Shown piece after piece: positions 24,986-38,702 of a DNA stretch of 64,000 nucleotides; the stretch's first letter is position 1, and every line of letters starts with the position of its first letter. The stretch is taken from the NCBI RefSeq assembly GCF_963921235.1, contig NC_086097.1:240810001-240874000 (forward strand), read 5' to 3'. The notes under the pieces were generated by a model. That model saw only the letters and a list, made by a program, of their open reading frames with translations. It ran no database searches and was not told the origin of the DNA. The position numbers were made by a program, and so were the translations under genes. This DNA comes from Mobula hypostoma. Lineage: Eukaryota.

Positions 24986-26409
24986 GAGGGCCTTTGGTGG
25001 TGTCTTTTAAGCTGCACTGAAAATTAGTGTTGCGAATATGCTACTTGCTACAGCTGACAGAGTGTGGGTGCCCCTCACCCCAAGTTCAAGCAACATCAGA
25101 TTCCAGGTGGTGGTACGGAATGAATGGAGACGAGAAAAGCAGAGAGACCACTGCTCAACAGCCATGAGGGGATTACAGGTAAGGGGGATGGAGCTGGGTA
25201 GGACAGTTGTTGCTTTTCACAGCCATAGAGGAAGCATGGGAGTAGTAAGAAAAGAGTTGGAAAAATCACTGCTGACTCCACTCACTCAAACATCAACTAT
25301 TCATCAAATTGCCACCAGGGAGACGCTGCAAGTCCATCACCACCAGAACCACACGTCATCTCCGAAGCTTCTTCCCTGTAGCTATCCAGCTTCTCAACAA
25401 AACTCACTCAGGTGTAAATCTCATAAATGTCCCTGCACAACATCCGTTAGATGGTCTTTCCTGCTCTTTTTGTTCTGATGTTAATTAATGAGTCTGTCCT
25501 CGTGTTCACGTTTATTTAAGTTTGATTATTGATGCTTCTGCACGTGACCATTCTGCTAATTGTTATTCAGTCGAGGCTGTTTGCACTATTGTCTTGTAAA
25601 TCGTTGGCTTTTATTGTGTTGTCTGTTATGGTATTGTCCTGTGTTTTATGCTTGGCACTGTACCACAATCAACGTTTCATATATCAGCAATAAAGTGATT
25701 CTGATAGCTTTACTTTCAAATGTTACACAAGAAGCACCAAGTATGGATGAACAGGATTTAACCCGACAAAGTAAAACAGGGAAAGGAGGGCAAGTTTCAG
25801 AGAATGAGAGTCTGGAAATGATGCAGCAATGTATTTATACGTTGCAAGTCTTGAAGATCACCAAATCCCTTCAGGGGCTAATGATTTAATTCCGATTCAA
25901 ATTCACAAGCAAACTTAAATTCCAGCTCATTCTGAAAGCCGAAAGGCAGCATAAACCAACCACTTAAGGTAAATGTGCACAAGAGATTAAATTAACAGGT
26001 CTGACGAGGGCAATACCAGTGTCGAACTGAATGGCTTTTGAAATCTTAATGAATTTATACCAGCCATTCAGGAGTTAAGATGAAAATCGCTTCACAGGGC
26101 CATTTCTTCCTTCATCACGCTGATGTCAGGAAACCATTACCTGTGTGATAAGTGGGCTTGTTACAAGCTTCAGAGACAGACAGACGCAGAGAAGATTCAT
26201 CTGGTCGAATACTTAATTGAGAATTAAAAGTAATGTTCGAATTATAAAGAATAATGATGACAATGAGTAATAATAAGGTCAAATGCTTCTCTTGCCTCAT
26301 AACTTCAGGTGTCAGATAGCTTTATCAATGTGCTAAGAAGGTTACTATACGTTTTATAGAAAGCCAATAAAGAAAGAATGATTCTTCCGAATATTTTGCA
26401 AGTTAAAGT

Positions 26410-27843
26410 TCAAAAAAAATAGAAACATGAACTTTGGACTAGATAAGTATGAACATTAAACAAAGAAAAATGTGACTGATCTAGCAGGAAATAAAAAAGC
26501 AGCAGGATACAATACAACTGATGGATGAATATGATAGATGCAAGTATCTGAGATATCAAGAAGCAAAGAAAATAGATCATAGTGTGATAAAGGGAAGACT
26601 TTCGACAGAATTTATTTCAATGCTAAAGAAAATCTGCCAAACAGAGCTCAATATGAAAAATATAACAAAGGCAATAAACACTTTTGCTATGCCCATACTA
26701 ATGTTTTCTTTTGGTGGAATATCTTGGTCTGAAACTGATCTGGAAAATTTACGAAGGAACTGAAATGAGAAATTTTAGAAAACACTATGTACACTGGGTT
26801 GCACTGAGATTAACACTACCTAGGACAGGAGGAGGAAGAAGAATAGCAGATGTAAAAAATTTAAACAATTTAAGATAAAACTGCTAAGAATATACTTTCA
26901 TCAGCAAAAACAGGATTCTGCACTCCACACGAGCATATGCAATTTTGAAAAGAAGTACCCACCAATAATCTTAAATGAAAGCACAACCAATAAAAATGAA
27001 GATGTTATCACTACAGAAGAAAAGGTCAAGCAATGGAAGAGCATGGCCCTCCGTGGAAGCCATCCCCACATTCCGAGCAGAATAGATGTGGACAAGGAAA
27101 TGCCAAACCCCTGACTCAGAGTTGGAGATCTCTTCCAGAGCCAGAGAAGTTGTGTTGCAATACAGGACCAGGTGGTTAACACAAAAATTTAATCAAGAAG
27201 TACATAATAAAAGACTAGCAAATTCAAGATGATAAATGCAGAAAATGCCAAGAGAAACCAGAAACAATCCAAGATTTTACTGGAACCTGCAGTAGTTTAA
27301 CTCAATCTGATTACTTAGACAGGCACAATCAAGTGGCAAATGTCATTCACCAAAATCTTGCTTTAAAATACAAGACATCATACCTTACTATAAATGCAAG
27401 CCTGATCCAGTTTCAGGGTCCCATAAATTATATGACGACCAATCCATTATTACAGATAGGACAATCCATAAGAACCAACCGGATATAATATTCCAGGATA
27501 AACCAAGCAAGTGCAATTTACTTAATAGATACAGTATAGCCATTCCAAACACACATAACATACAGAAATCAATAAATGAAAAACACTAGAAATATGCTGA
27601 ATTAAAAGGAGAAATAGTAATATCTACAGCTGGTATCATCCCAAAGTCACTACACAACACGATTAAACAACCAGGCCTTCACAACAATATTTATGTAAAT
27701 CTCCAGAAAGCTACAGTACTAAACACCACTGGAATAGTCTGAAAGTTCCTACCAATTGAGAAATAAGTGTGCTTGACAATACCTGTACCGCAAGTTTTAC
27801 CAGCTTGAGCTGAGAAAAAAATAAAAATAAAATAATAAATAAT
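26410..27843 (+). mobile_element. R4/Dong-clade non-LTR retrotransposon, 5'-truncated and decayed (RT C-terminus, zinc knuckle, restriction-like endonuclease)
   Basis: FGLDK; KNITKAINTFAMPIL.FSFG.ISWS.TDL; RLTLPRTGGGR; AIQDQVVNT; CRKC...ETIQD...C (27237-27290); RHNQVA (27321); PDII (27479); LQKATVLNT; A/TAA-rich tail at 27815-27843. Confidence 0.8.
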
Positions 27844-29289
27844 ACTGAGAACATGAGTTGTGGACAGCTTGAAAGTGAGTTCATAGGTTATGGAATCAGT
27901 TCAGTGTTGAGGTGGTTGAAGTTATCCACACTAGTTCAGAAGCCGAATTGTTGAAGCACAATAATACTCTAAGCTCAGGAGAAAGGTGTTATTAAATATT
28001 TATTTCCAGGAAGCCTTGTATTTGATCACAAGTTTCAAAACAACAAAATATTTCTTCATCCTTTCCTCTTTTCGCCCATTTTTCTGTAGTTTATTGAAAG
28101 AACCTTTCTCATTCCCACATCACATTCAACACTCTGCTTTGACGTGCAAGAGTCAATCAACATCTGTTCCTCCTCTTCATACACTGGGATCAAAAGGGCA
28201 GATTTTTCAGATGACAATGGAAAGATTGCAGCTTGCTCTGTCTACCAATCATCAAAATGGAGTGACAACACATTGACTGGCAAAGAGGCTCTTGTTAAAA
28301 CATTGGCACTGCACAGATGGCATTTTCCACTTTATTCATCGAAGCAAAATGCAAATTGTTTCCACACATCGTTTCCCTGTGAGCAGATTCAAAGGTCAAA
28401 TGATGCTCTGTGATATCAACTGAGCAGAGTCTATTTAGAATGCTAAAGCTAACGTCAATTGAACAAGCTGATTTGTGGCATCCTACATGTCAAACAGATT
28501 GGTCGTGTTCAGTATTGCAGTGATGTGGCAATGCAAATAGTCTACAGAAAGTGGTCGACACAGCCCAGTCCATCACAGGCAAAGCCCTCCCCATTATTGA
28601 GCACATCTGCAAGGAGCACTGCCAGAGGAAAGCAGCATTGATCATCAATGACCTTCACCACCCTGGCCATGCTCTCCTCCCCACACCACCAGGTTCTGTA
28701 ACAGTTATTACCTTACATCCATCAGGCCGCTGAACTGGCGGAGATAACTTCATTCATCTCAGCTAAACTGAGCCCACAACTTAAAGACTCACTTTTAAAG
28801 ATTCTACAACTCATGTTCTCAGTATTAATTACTTAGTTTTTGTTATTATTTCGGATCAAGACCCTTCATCAGGACTGGTCAGAAAGCAGGAAGAAGCCAT
28901 GAGAAGATTAACAAGGAGGTGGAAGGGAACGCTGGAGCACAGAATCAAAGAGTCGGAGAGCAGCAGCGATCAGAGAGAGGGCAGAGCAGTGAGAGAGGAT
29001 CTCATTGAATTCCTGAAAACAAGATTTAAAATTCCTTAGGGCAAGTATAACTCGAAGAGACTTTGCAGTGGAGCAGTGGCAAAAAGACTTGGCACTCATT
29101 TACAAAACTGCCCTCTCCCTTCTGGTTTTATGATACTCAGGTTCCAGGGCAGTGTTGAAAATCTGCTGCTGTTCTTGGAGCCAAGAATGTTATAAGAAGA
29201 TCTGATAAAAGTGCTAAGGTGAGACTTGGCTTAGGTTAGGATAAACAGAGAGATTCTGTAAGGTCAGGGGATATAAAAGACAAGTGACA

Positions 29290-30370
29290 CATTTTTTGGC
29301 ACATTGGCCTTCATTAATCAAAGTATTGAGTACAGAAGATGGGATGTTACGTTGAAGTTGCACAAGACATTGATGAGGCCTAATTTGAAGTATTGTGTGC
29401 AGCTTTGGTCACCTACCTACAGAAAAGATGTAAATAAGGTTGAAAGAGTACAGAGAAAACTTACAAGAATGTTGCTTGGAATGAAGGGCCTGAGTTATTA
29501 GGGAAGTTTTAATAGGTTAGGACTTAAGATCATCGGGGTCTCTCTTCCCGCCATTACAGACATTTACACCACAAGTTGCATCCGTAAAGCAAACAGCATT
29601 ACGAAGGATACCACACACCCCTCATACAAACTCTTCTCCCTCCTGCCATCCGGCAAAAGGCACCGAAGTATTCGGGTTGTCACGACCAGACTATGTAAGC
29701 ATTTCTTCCCCCAAGCCATCAGACTCCTCAATACCCAGAGCCTGGACTGACACCAACCTACTGCCCTCTACTGTGCATATTGTCTTGTTTTTATTTATTG
29801 TAATGCCTGCACTGTTTCATGCACTTTATGCAGTCCTGGGTAGGTCTGTAGTCAAGTATAGTTTTGTGTTGTTTTACATAGTTCAGTGTAGTTTTTGTAT
29901 TGTTTCATATAGCACCATGGCCCTGAAAAATGTTGTCTCATTTTTACTGTATACTGTACCAGCAGTTATGGTCGAAATGACATTAAAAAGTGACTTGACA
30001 AGAGGTATATAAAGTTATGGGGGGCGGGTATAGACAGAGTAAGTGCAAGCAGGGCTTTTCCAGTGAGGTTGGGCGGGACTACAACTAGAGGTCATAGGTT
30101 AAGGGTAAAATGTGAAAAGTATAACGGGAACACGAGGGGAAACTGCTTCACTCAGAGGGTCATCAGAGTGTAGAACGAGCTACCAGCTCAAGTGGTGCAT
30201 GAGAGCTCGTCTCAATGCCTAAGAGAAGTTTGGATAGGTACATAGACAGTAGGGGTATGGAGGGCTATGGCCCAGCTGCAGGCCAATGAGACTAGGCAGT
30301 TTAAATGGCTCAGCATGGACTGGATGGGCCGAAGAGCCTGCTTCGGTGCTATAGTGTTCAATGACTCTTT
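29290..30370 (+). mobile_element. CR1 LINE 3' fragment split by a nested Rex1-like LINE (about 29525-29999)
   Basis: KTLMRPNLKYCVQLWSPTYRKDVNKVERVQR lies before the insert and TRGH...FTQRV after it; the insert encodes KIIGVSLP...HPSYKLFSLLPSGKR...FFPQAIRLLN and ends in tgacttgac. Confidence 0.85.
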
Positions 30371-32839
30371 TACCTTCTGCATAGAAATGCTGTTCCTCAT
30401 ATGTTTCTTCTATCTTTTTTTTCATTCATTTTGTTAGATCTTGTGATCCAAAGGTTCTTCGGAAGTTGCGATTGAGACATAAAACTTGTTGCTTACAATG
30501 TTTTATTAAGTGTTACAAGAACAAAGAAGATGAAGAAGGCGAGAAAACAAAGAATAAGAGAGAGGTGGTTTTGTCTTCTCAATGTTCAAAGCAAACTTAT
30601 TATTATAATCACAGTATGTCATGATACACAACCCTGAGCTTCATTTTCTTGCAGGCATTCTTAATTATTCAGAACAGTATAAGGCAGGGACAATGGAATC
30701 AACAAAAATATTGATTAGAATGTAGTTAGTTCCACACCTGCGTACTGCTGACACATTCACTTCCTTTATATATGATCACATTCACCTAATACAGACAGAC
30801 AAGATCAATCAGCCTCCACACTGACCCTGCGAGAAAATGTGGTGAAAACCCAAAAACTTGTAACAGGTGGCAACACTGCGTTTAAAAGCTGTAGAATTGC
30901 AGTAGGAAGCAGCACCACTACTAAAGGCGTCCTCTCTGCATCAGAAAACACGTAACAGCAGGCTGAGTGTATAGAGGTGATAGGAATAGCATAAGAAGCA
31001 GCAACCAGTGAAGGGAGAGGAGATCAGAAAGCACATGTTGCGGAGGGGAGACAGCTTGCTAGCTGCACAGGCAAAAATGTCCGGTGACTGACTGAGCGAC
31101 ACAGAAGGTGGTCAGAGCTGGGAAAGAGGCCACGCTCTTTTCTCGCTGCTGCCATTGGGAAGGTACAGAAGCCTCAGGACTCACACCTCCAGGAGCAGGA
31201 AGAGTTACTACCCCACAGCCATCGGGCTCTTGAACCAGTGTGAAGAACTTCACTTGCCCCATCACTGAAATGCTCCCACAACCTATAGATTCACTTTCAA
31301 AGTCTCATCATCTCATCTTCTTGATATTAATTGCTTTTATTTTCTCTTTTGTCTCTTGCACATTAGTTGTTTGTCTGTCCTGTTGGATGCAATCTTTCAT
31401 TGATTCTTTATAGAAACATAGAAAACCTCCAGCACAATACGGGCCCTTTGGCCCACAAAGCTGCACCGAACATGTCCTTACTTTAGAAATTACCTAGGGT
31501 TACCCATAGCCCTCTATTTTTCCAAGCACTATGTACCAAATGATGCTTAAGGTTCTGGGATTTACTGAGTCTGCCCGAACGAAAACAATCGCAGGGTTGT
31601 ACATGGTGATAGCATGTACTTCGATAATAAATTTATTTTGAACTTTGAATAACACCTGTAACCATTGACACTCATCACTTTCTTTCAGGATCTGTCCATC
31701 CTACTGAGCAGGAACAAAACTAAAAAAAGAATTCATCTGTCTCAGTCAGGTTCTGAAAGTAGGGGCTACTTAGGGGCTACTCACAAACACTGCAGGATGA
31801 TTCAGATAGAAAACTCAGACTTACGTCAAGCTATCATGCAAGTAGGTAAACAGGAATGTAAAGATTGTTCAGTAATGAATACGGTTATCGCTTCCTTCAA
31901 CATTGTGAGGGTAAACAAAGTTCAGGAGTGTAATGATCCTTTCATTCTAGGCACCTGTCTAACTAATTGCCTATGAAACTGGTTAAACACAATGCCCAAT
32001 CAATCCACCTAAACGCCACCTATAAATCAGTTTATCTATTCAAACTGCTCTTACGTAAACTGATACACATTAAGTTTCTATTAACTGAAGGGCCAGGCGG
32101 AAAAATGAGAAGGTACACTATTGAACATTACAGCCCTCAATAGTGTGCCAACCTTATAAACTACTCAAAGATCAACCTAATCCTCATCTTCTACATAGCC
32201 CTCCATTTTTTTTTAAATCACCAACATGCCTATCTAAGAGTTTCTTAAATGTCCCTGATGTATCGGCTTCCACCATCACCCCTGGCAACATATTTCACTC
32301 TCTCGTCACTGTGTAAAATCCTTATCTTTGACATCTCAACTATACCTTCCTCCAATCATCTTAAAATGATACCCTTTCATATTAGCTATTTCTGCCCTGG
32401 GGAAAAGGTCCCTGGCTATCCATTTGATATATGCCTTTTACATTCTACCCCTCTTTCAAGGGACCTCTCATCGTCCTGCGCTCCAAAGAGAAACATCTGA
32501 GCTTGTTCAACCCAACTTGGTATCTGGTTGCCCACTCAATCTATGCCTCTCAACATCTTGTACCAGTCACCTCTCACCCTCCTATGCTCCAAAGAGAAAA
32601 CCCTAACTCATTCAAACTATCCTCGTAACAAATACTCATTAGAATTATTTCAAAAACAATGTAAAGGCTATAGTTATTTCTTCAAAATATAACTTTTGCA
32701 CACTCAAAGCTGATCATCTTTCATGCACAGGACTTGTTTCCATGCTATAGTATTCCATGACCCTATTAGGCTTTTGAGGTTTGGGTCTCATGGGATTCTC
32801 ATGAAATGAAGATGGTCAGTGGTGTGCACACAGTGCAAA

Positions 32840-33545
32840 CTACGTGGGAGTCCTTGTATAGGATTCCCTAAAGGTTAATTAGTAGGTTGAGTTGGTGGTG
32901 AGGAAAATAAATGTGACGTTAGCATTCATTTAGAAGCGACTAGAATATAAAAGCAAGGATGTAATGGTGCGGCTTTATAAAGCACTGGTGAGGTCTCACA
33001 TGGAATATAGCGAGCAGTTTTGGGCTCCTTATACAAGAAAGGGCATGCTAACTTTGGAAAGAGTTCAAAGGAGGTTCACGTAGAACAATTTTGGGATTGA
33101 AAGGCTTGTCATATGAGGAGCGGTTAATAGCTCTGGGCCTCTACACACTGGAATTCAGAAGAATGAGGGGTAATCCCATTCAAAACCTATCGAATGTTTA
33201 AAGGCCTTGGTAGAATGGGTGTGATGAGGATGTTCCCTATGGTGGGGGAGACTAAGACTAGAGGACACAGCCTCAGATGGGCATCTTTTTCGAACAGAGA
33301 TGAGGAGGAATTTCTTTAGTCAGAGAGTGGTGAATCTGTGGAATCCATTTCCACAGGAGGCTGTGGAAGCTAAGTCATTGGCTATATTTAAGGCAGAGGT
33401 TGACAGGTTCTTGATTGGTCAGTGCATGAAGGGATACGGGGTGAAGACAGGAGATTGGGGCTGAGAGGGAAATGGATCAGTCGTGATGAAATAGCAGAGC
33501 GGACTTGATGGATCCAACAGCCCAATTCTGCTCCTCTATCTTATG
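32840..33545 (+). mobile_element. CR1 LINE 3' fragment
   Basis: LYKALVRSHMEY..QFWAP...ERVQRRFT; TRGHSL; NFFSQRVVNLWN; tail ctatcttatg. Confidence 0.88.
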
Positions 33546-34061
33546 CATCACAAAATCATGGGTGAATTAGGAGTCCCCAGTGTTAGCTGCTCCTGGAACA
33601 AATCAGTCCTAATCTCCAAAATAAGTACTGCATGAGAAATGGATGGCAGGTTGGAGCACTTCCAGGAACCTGGAAATAGTCATGATTATGTTTCACTCTG
33701 GGCTCGTGCCGTTTGTATTTTTTTTTAAAAAGTAAGGCTGTCAATCCCTCAGGTGGCTATGAAAGATCACTCAACTCTGTACTGAAATGGAACAGTCAAG
33801 ATAGGCTCTGATAAATTGGCCCATATTTACCTCTTAGTCAACAGTACTGAAACAGATGATCTGCCAGTAGAACACAGCCAATGCATGTCCTATATCAGCA
33901 CAGTGACAAACCTTCGAAAATACTTCAGTGGATAGAAAGTTTAATGAAAACTGCCGAATTAAGAATATGCAGCATTTAATTCCACCAGTAAATCCTGGAA
34001 AAATCAATGTGGAATCCCAATATGAAATGAATCAAAAATCAGGTTTATTATCACTGATAGA

Positions 34062-34591
34062 CACTCAGTGTCCACTTTATTAGGTACACCTGCTCATTAA
34101 GATAAGTAATGAGCCAATCCTGTGGCAGCAACTCAATGTATAAAAGCACGCAGACACAGTCAAAAGGTTCAGTTATTGTTCAGACCAAACATCAGAATGC
34201 GGAAGAAATATGATCTAAGTGACTTTGAGCATGGAATGACTGTTGGTGCCAGACAGAGTAGTTTGAGCATCTCAGAAGCTGCTGATCTCCTGGGATTATC
34301 ATATACGACAATGTCTGGAGTTTACAGAGTGGTGCAAGAAACAAAAGTCATCCAGTGAGTGGTAGTTCAGTGGGCGAAAATGTGAGAGGCCAGTGAAGAA
34401 TGGCCAAACTGGTTCAAGCTGACAGGAAGGTGACAGTAACTCCAATAACCATGTGTTACAACAGCGGTGTGCAGAAGAGCATTTCGAAATGCATAACATA
34501 TCAAACCTTGAAATGGATGGGTTACAGTAACAGAGGGCCACGAAGATACATTCAGTGGTACATGAGGTACCTAATTAAGTGACTATGAGTG
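34062..34591 (+). mobile_element. Internally deleted Tc1-like DNA transposon
   Basis: Degenerate TIRs cactcagtgtccactttattaggtac / gtacctaattaagtgactatgagtg, with TA at the right end. Transposase N-terminal HTH remnant: M.KK.DLSDFEHGM.VGAR...LSISEAADLLGLS.TT.S.VYR. Confidence 0.85.
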
Positions 34592-34871
34592 TAGATATGT
34601 CATGAAATCTGTTGTTCCGCAGTTTTATTTTTGATTAAATGATTAATCAAAGTCACATTGATCATCGCCATCAGGACTGGATCTTCCTTTTCTGTGTGAG
34701 CCACTGTTAAAATGCAGGGGCATGGTACTGGTTATTCTTCAAATATCTTTATGTCATATCTAATACACAAGTCTAAAGGGAAATGAAATATTTGTTACTC
34801 CAGACCGATGGAGCACAAAAAGAACCCACTAAGTTAATGAACACAATAACTTAATACACACTATAAATATA

Positions 34872-34938
34872 CAGTACTGTGTAAAAGTTTTAGGCACATG
34901 TATTTAGCCAGGGTGCCTAAGATTTTTGCACTGTACTG
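34872..34938. mobile_element. 67-bp Tc1/mariner-type MITE
   Basis: TIRs cagtactgtgtaaaagttttaggcac / gtgcctaagatttttgcactgtactg, with TA on both sides. Confidence 0.8.
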
Positions 34939-35284
34939 TATTTGTCAATGTGGAGTGGAGAGCAAGTGCAAATCAGGAAGGAACAGAGGATGTTGGGAAC
35001 GGTGAGGGTGGAGCGCTGTGGTATGGGTGTGGGACAGGTGGCAGAGGAGTGCCAGGGCGGTGGGTGGTACGGGTACAGACACACCCAGCCTTGAGACACC
35101 AGGCGAGGTCATATTATTCCAAACAATTGGTTTATTGATCATTACAGAATGTCTCTCTGGTGCTTCTCGCTCCCTCCCCTCTCCCTTCCCCCTTTTCCCA
35201 ATCATGACTCCCCTCTCTCTCTGTCCCCTTCGCACTCTCTGTCCACAACAGAAACCCACACCTGCAGCAGGTTCATCATCACTC

Positions 35285-36573
35285 AGAAACATAGAAAATA
35301 GGTGCAGGAGTAGGCCATTCGGCCCTTCGAGCCTGCACCACCATTTATTATGATCATGGCTGATCATCCAACTCAGAACCCCGCCCCAGCCTTCCCTCCA
35401 TACCCCCGATCCCCGTAGCCACAAGGGCCATATCTAACTCCCTCTTAAATATAGCCAATGAACTGGCCTCAACTGTTTCCTGTGGCAGAGAATTCCACAG
35501 ATTCACCACTCTCTGTGTGAAGAAGTTTTTCCTAATCTCGGTCCTAAAAGGCTTCCCCTTTATCCTCAAACTGTGACCCCTCGTTCTGGACTTCCCCAAC
35601 ATCGGGAACAATCTTCCTGCATCTAGCCTGTCCAATCCCTTTAGGATTTTATACGTTTCAATCAGATCCCCCCTCAATCTTCTAAATTCGAACGAATACA
35701 AGCCTAGTTCATCCAGTCTTTCTTCACATGAAAGTCCTGCCATCCCAGGAATCAATCTGGTGAACCTTCTTTGTACTCTCTCTATGGCAAGGATGTCTTT
35801 CCTCAGATTAGGGGACCAAAACTGCACACAATACTCCAGGTGTGATCTCACCAAGGCCTTGTACAACTGCAGTAGTACCTCCCTGCTCCTGTACTCGAAT
35901 CCTCTCGCTATAAATGCAAGCATACCATTCGCCTTTTTCACCGCCTGCTGTACCTGCATGCCCACTTTCAATGACTGGTGTATAATGACACCCAGGTCTC
36001 GTTGCACCTCCCCTTTTCCTAATCGGCCACCATTCAGATAATAATCTGTTTTCCTATTTTTGCCACAAAGTGGATAACTTCACATTTATCCACATTAAAT
36101 TGCATCTGCCATGAATTTGCCCACTCACCCAACCTATCCAAGTCACCCTGCATCCTCTTAGCATCCTCCTCACAGCTAACACTGCAACCCAGCTTCGTGT
36201 CATCCGCAAACTTGGAGATGCTGCATTTAATTCCCTCATCCAAGTCATTAATATATATTGTAAACAACTGGGGTCCCAGCACTGGGCCTTGCAGTACCCC
36301 ACTAGTCACTGCCTGCCATTCTGAAAAGGTCCCGTTTATTCCCACTCTTTGCTTCCTGTCTGCTAACCAATTCTCTATCCACATCAATACCTTACCCCCA
36401 ATACCGTGTGCTTTAAGTTTGCACACTAATTTCCTGTGTGGGACCTTGTCAAAAGCCTTTTAAAAATCCAAATATACCACATCCACTAGTTCTCCCCTAT
36501 CCACTCTACTAGTTACATCCTCAAAAAATTCTATGAGATTCGTCAGACATGATTTTCCTTTCACAAATCCATG
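35285..36573 (-). mobile_element. Young CR1 LINE, 5'-truncated (RT domain to 3' tail)
   Basis: HGFVKGKSCLTNLIEFFE, VVYLDF, GVLQGPVLGPQLF.IYINDLD, FADD, LYKALVRSHLEYCVQFWSP, NFFTQRVVNLWNSLP; few disruptions. Confidence 0.95.
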
Positions 36574-36577
36574 AAAT

Positions 36578-37028
36578 GACTCTGGTCGGGTCACTCGTCT
36601 GAGTGCTACTGGTATCATGTAACCCAGTACTACCTGTTGCATGGTCGGGTGGTCGGCGACTAAACCAGCTCCCCCACCAGGCTTGCCTGGTGAGGAGGGT
36701 GGCTAGACACCCTGCAGGATGAAAAACAAGACCTGTCAAAGTGCAAATGAACCCTCTCGTAGGGTCAACGGCCATCTAGCAAACACATGCCGTGAAGCAC
36801 GGAAAGGGCAGTCCTTGCATCGAAGCTTGGTCCGGCCATTCACTGCAACAGAACTTCCCCCAGCCGTCTTGGACCCCACCATGCCGCTGGATCCGGGAGG
36901 GGATGTCGAGAGGGTGGGTCTGGACCTGTGCAACCCCCTACTCACCTAAAATCCACTCATGCACACGCTGTTCCTTTTTGAGGAGTGGGGTACCACCCCA
37001 CTAACTGACTGAAAGGAACCATCATCAT
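36578..37028 (+). mobile_element. GC-rich SINE-like element with (cat)n tail, probably RTE-related
   Basis: CpG-retaining block that ends in ccatcatcat; internal hairpin caccagg-cttg-cctggtg. The family assignment is tentative. Confidence 0.4.
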
Positions 37029-37031
37029 ACT

Positions 37032-37247
37032 AGAGATAGAGATAGAGATAGAGATAGAGATAGAGATAGAGATAGAGATAGAGATAGAGATAGAGATAGA
37101 GATAGAGATAGAGATAGAGATAGAGATAGAGATAGAGATAGAGATAGAGATAGAGATAGAGATAGAGACAGAGACAGAGACAGAGACAGAGACAGAGACA
37201 GAGACAGAGACAGAGACAGAGACAGAGACAGAGACAGAGACAGAGAT
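37032..37247. repeat. Compound hexamer microsatellite (AGAGAT)n then (AGAGAC)n
   Basis: Directly visible; the unit switches at 37169. Confidence 0.97.
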
Positions 37248-38619
37248 ATATCATAAAATTTGATTTTTGAGCAGTACGGAGCAATACATAAAGCAATACT
37301 GTGCAAAAGTCAAGGCACGAAAGATAGATAAATAGATATACACATCTCAGATATTTGCTCAGTATAGTAAATATGCAAGATAGATAACATAAATAGATTG
37401 ATTGCAAGTTCATAAAGTGATGCTAGGCAGAGGCAAGTAAAGACAATGGATAGGAAGAACAATAACTACTGTTCAGTCCTCATGGAAGACAAATACCAAG
37501 TACCTATTTTTGCAAGATGATTAAGCTGCAATAATGCACGCAGCACATGTATCAGATTGAGTGATCCTGCGGGGTTGCCTGGTGAGTAAACGTTGGGCAT
37601 TCAACACAACTCTAGCATCTGACACAGAAAAGCAATCTGTGACAGAATGAATCTTCTCAGTCCCTGTTTCCAGCATTGATCAGGCATCTTTACCCAGAGA
37701 CTCTCATGGCATAGTTCGATTGTTTTAGAAAAGCCCGCATGCTGGGTTAAAAATATACCGCCAGGTTAATATTCTTTGAAATTTGCCACAAAACAACAAA
37801 TTTCACAACATATGGCAGTGATTCAGATTCTGATTTATGAAGGATTAAAAAGGCCACTGATTTATTGCTCAGAGCAAAACTGAAGTTCTCTGTTCTGCAT
37901 CACATCACCCTTTTCAGCAGTTATCTACTTAGTTGGAATCTAAAATCTATTAGAACCTACACATTTTCATGAGATTTACGTGGACTTCATCTGATCTAGA
38001 GCTGTAAAGTTCAGCACAGAAACAGGCCCTTTGGCCCATCTAGTCCATGCTGAGCCATATAAACTGCCCACTCCCATCGACCTGCACCTGGACCATCGCT
38101 CTCCATACCTCACCATTCATTTGCTAAACTATCCAACCGCCATACGACAAACCACCTTTGAGATAATTGCAGATCTTTTTTTTAATACTTTTTTCTCAGC
38201 TATAGCCCTTCCTGCTATTCTACAGGGCAATGTATGGACTTTTCACTTCCAGAAAATGCTTCCTGTGCAGACTCCATACACCTGGCTCATCGACAGGAAT
38301 ATCGAAACAGAAGCGCCAGAAACCCGGCTGCTGAACAGTCTTATTTCTCCACATATTAGGATGTGCATTTACTATCGGGAGCTTTTGCACTTGAACACCT
38401 GGGAGAATTTTACTACCAAGGGCTGTTAGTTAAACATATCAAGGAGTTAATAGATTTGGCATGTGGCTATGCCCAGACAGCTGTGCAGGTTCCGTAATGT
38501 CAAGACAGTCACAACTACTCATTCCTAATGATTGCTTGCTACTACTGGCCCATGCTCTGATTACGCCCCAGTCATGGTCCCTGCTCATTTCTCATTCCTG
38601 GGAGCAGGCGAGGAGAGGG

Positions 38620-38643
38620 AAACAAGGAGACAGAGAGACAGAC

Positions 38644-38702
<59 letters not shown>

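Noticed and set aside
31689..31845. Possible plus-strand exon (tctttcag|...|gtaaac)
   Set aside because: Good acceptor but a weak donor and an unrecognisable peptide; expected by chance in 64 kb.
36650..36720. HDV-like ribozyme in the RTE-like element
   Set aside because: Only a simple hairpin is visible; I could not assign the nested double pseudoknot.
37025..37413. SL / LC / LY repeat ORFs
   Set aside because: Products of the hexamer microsatellite.
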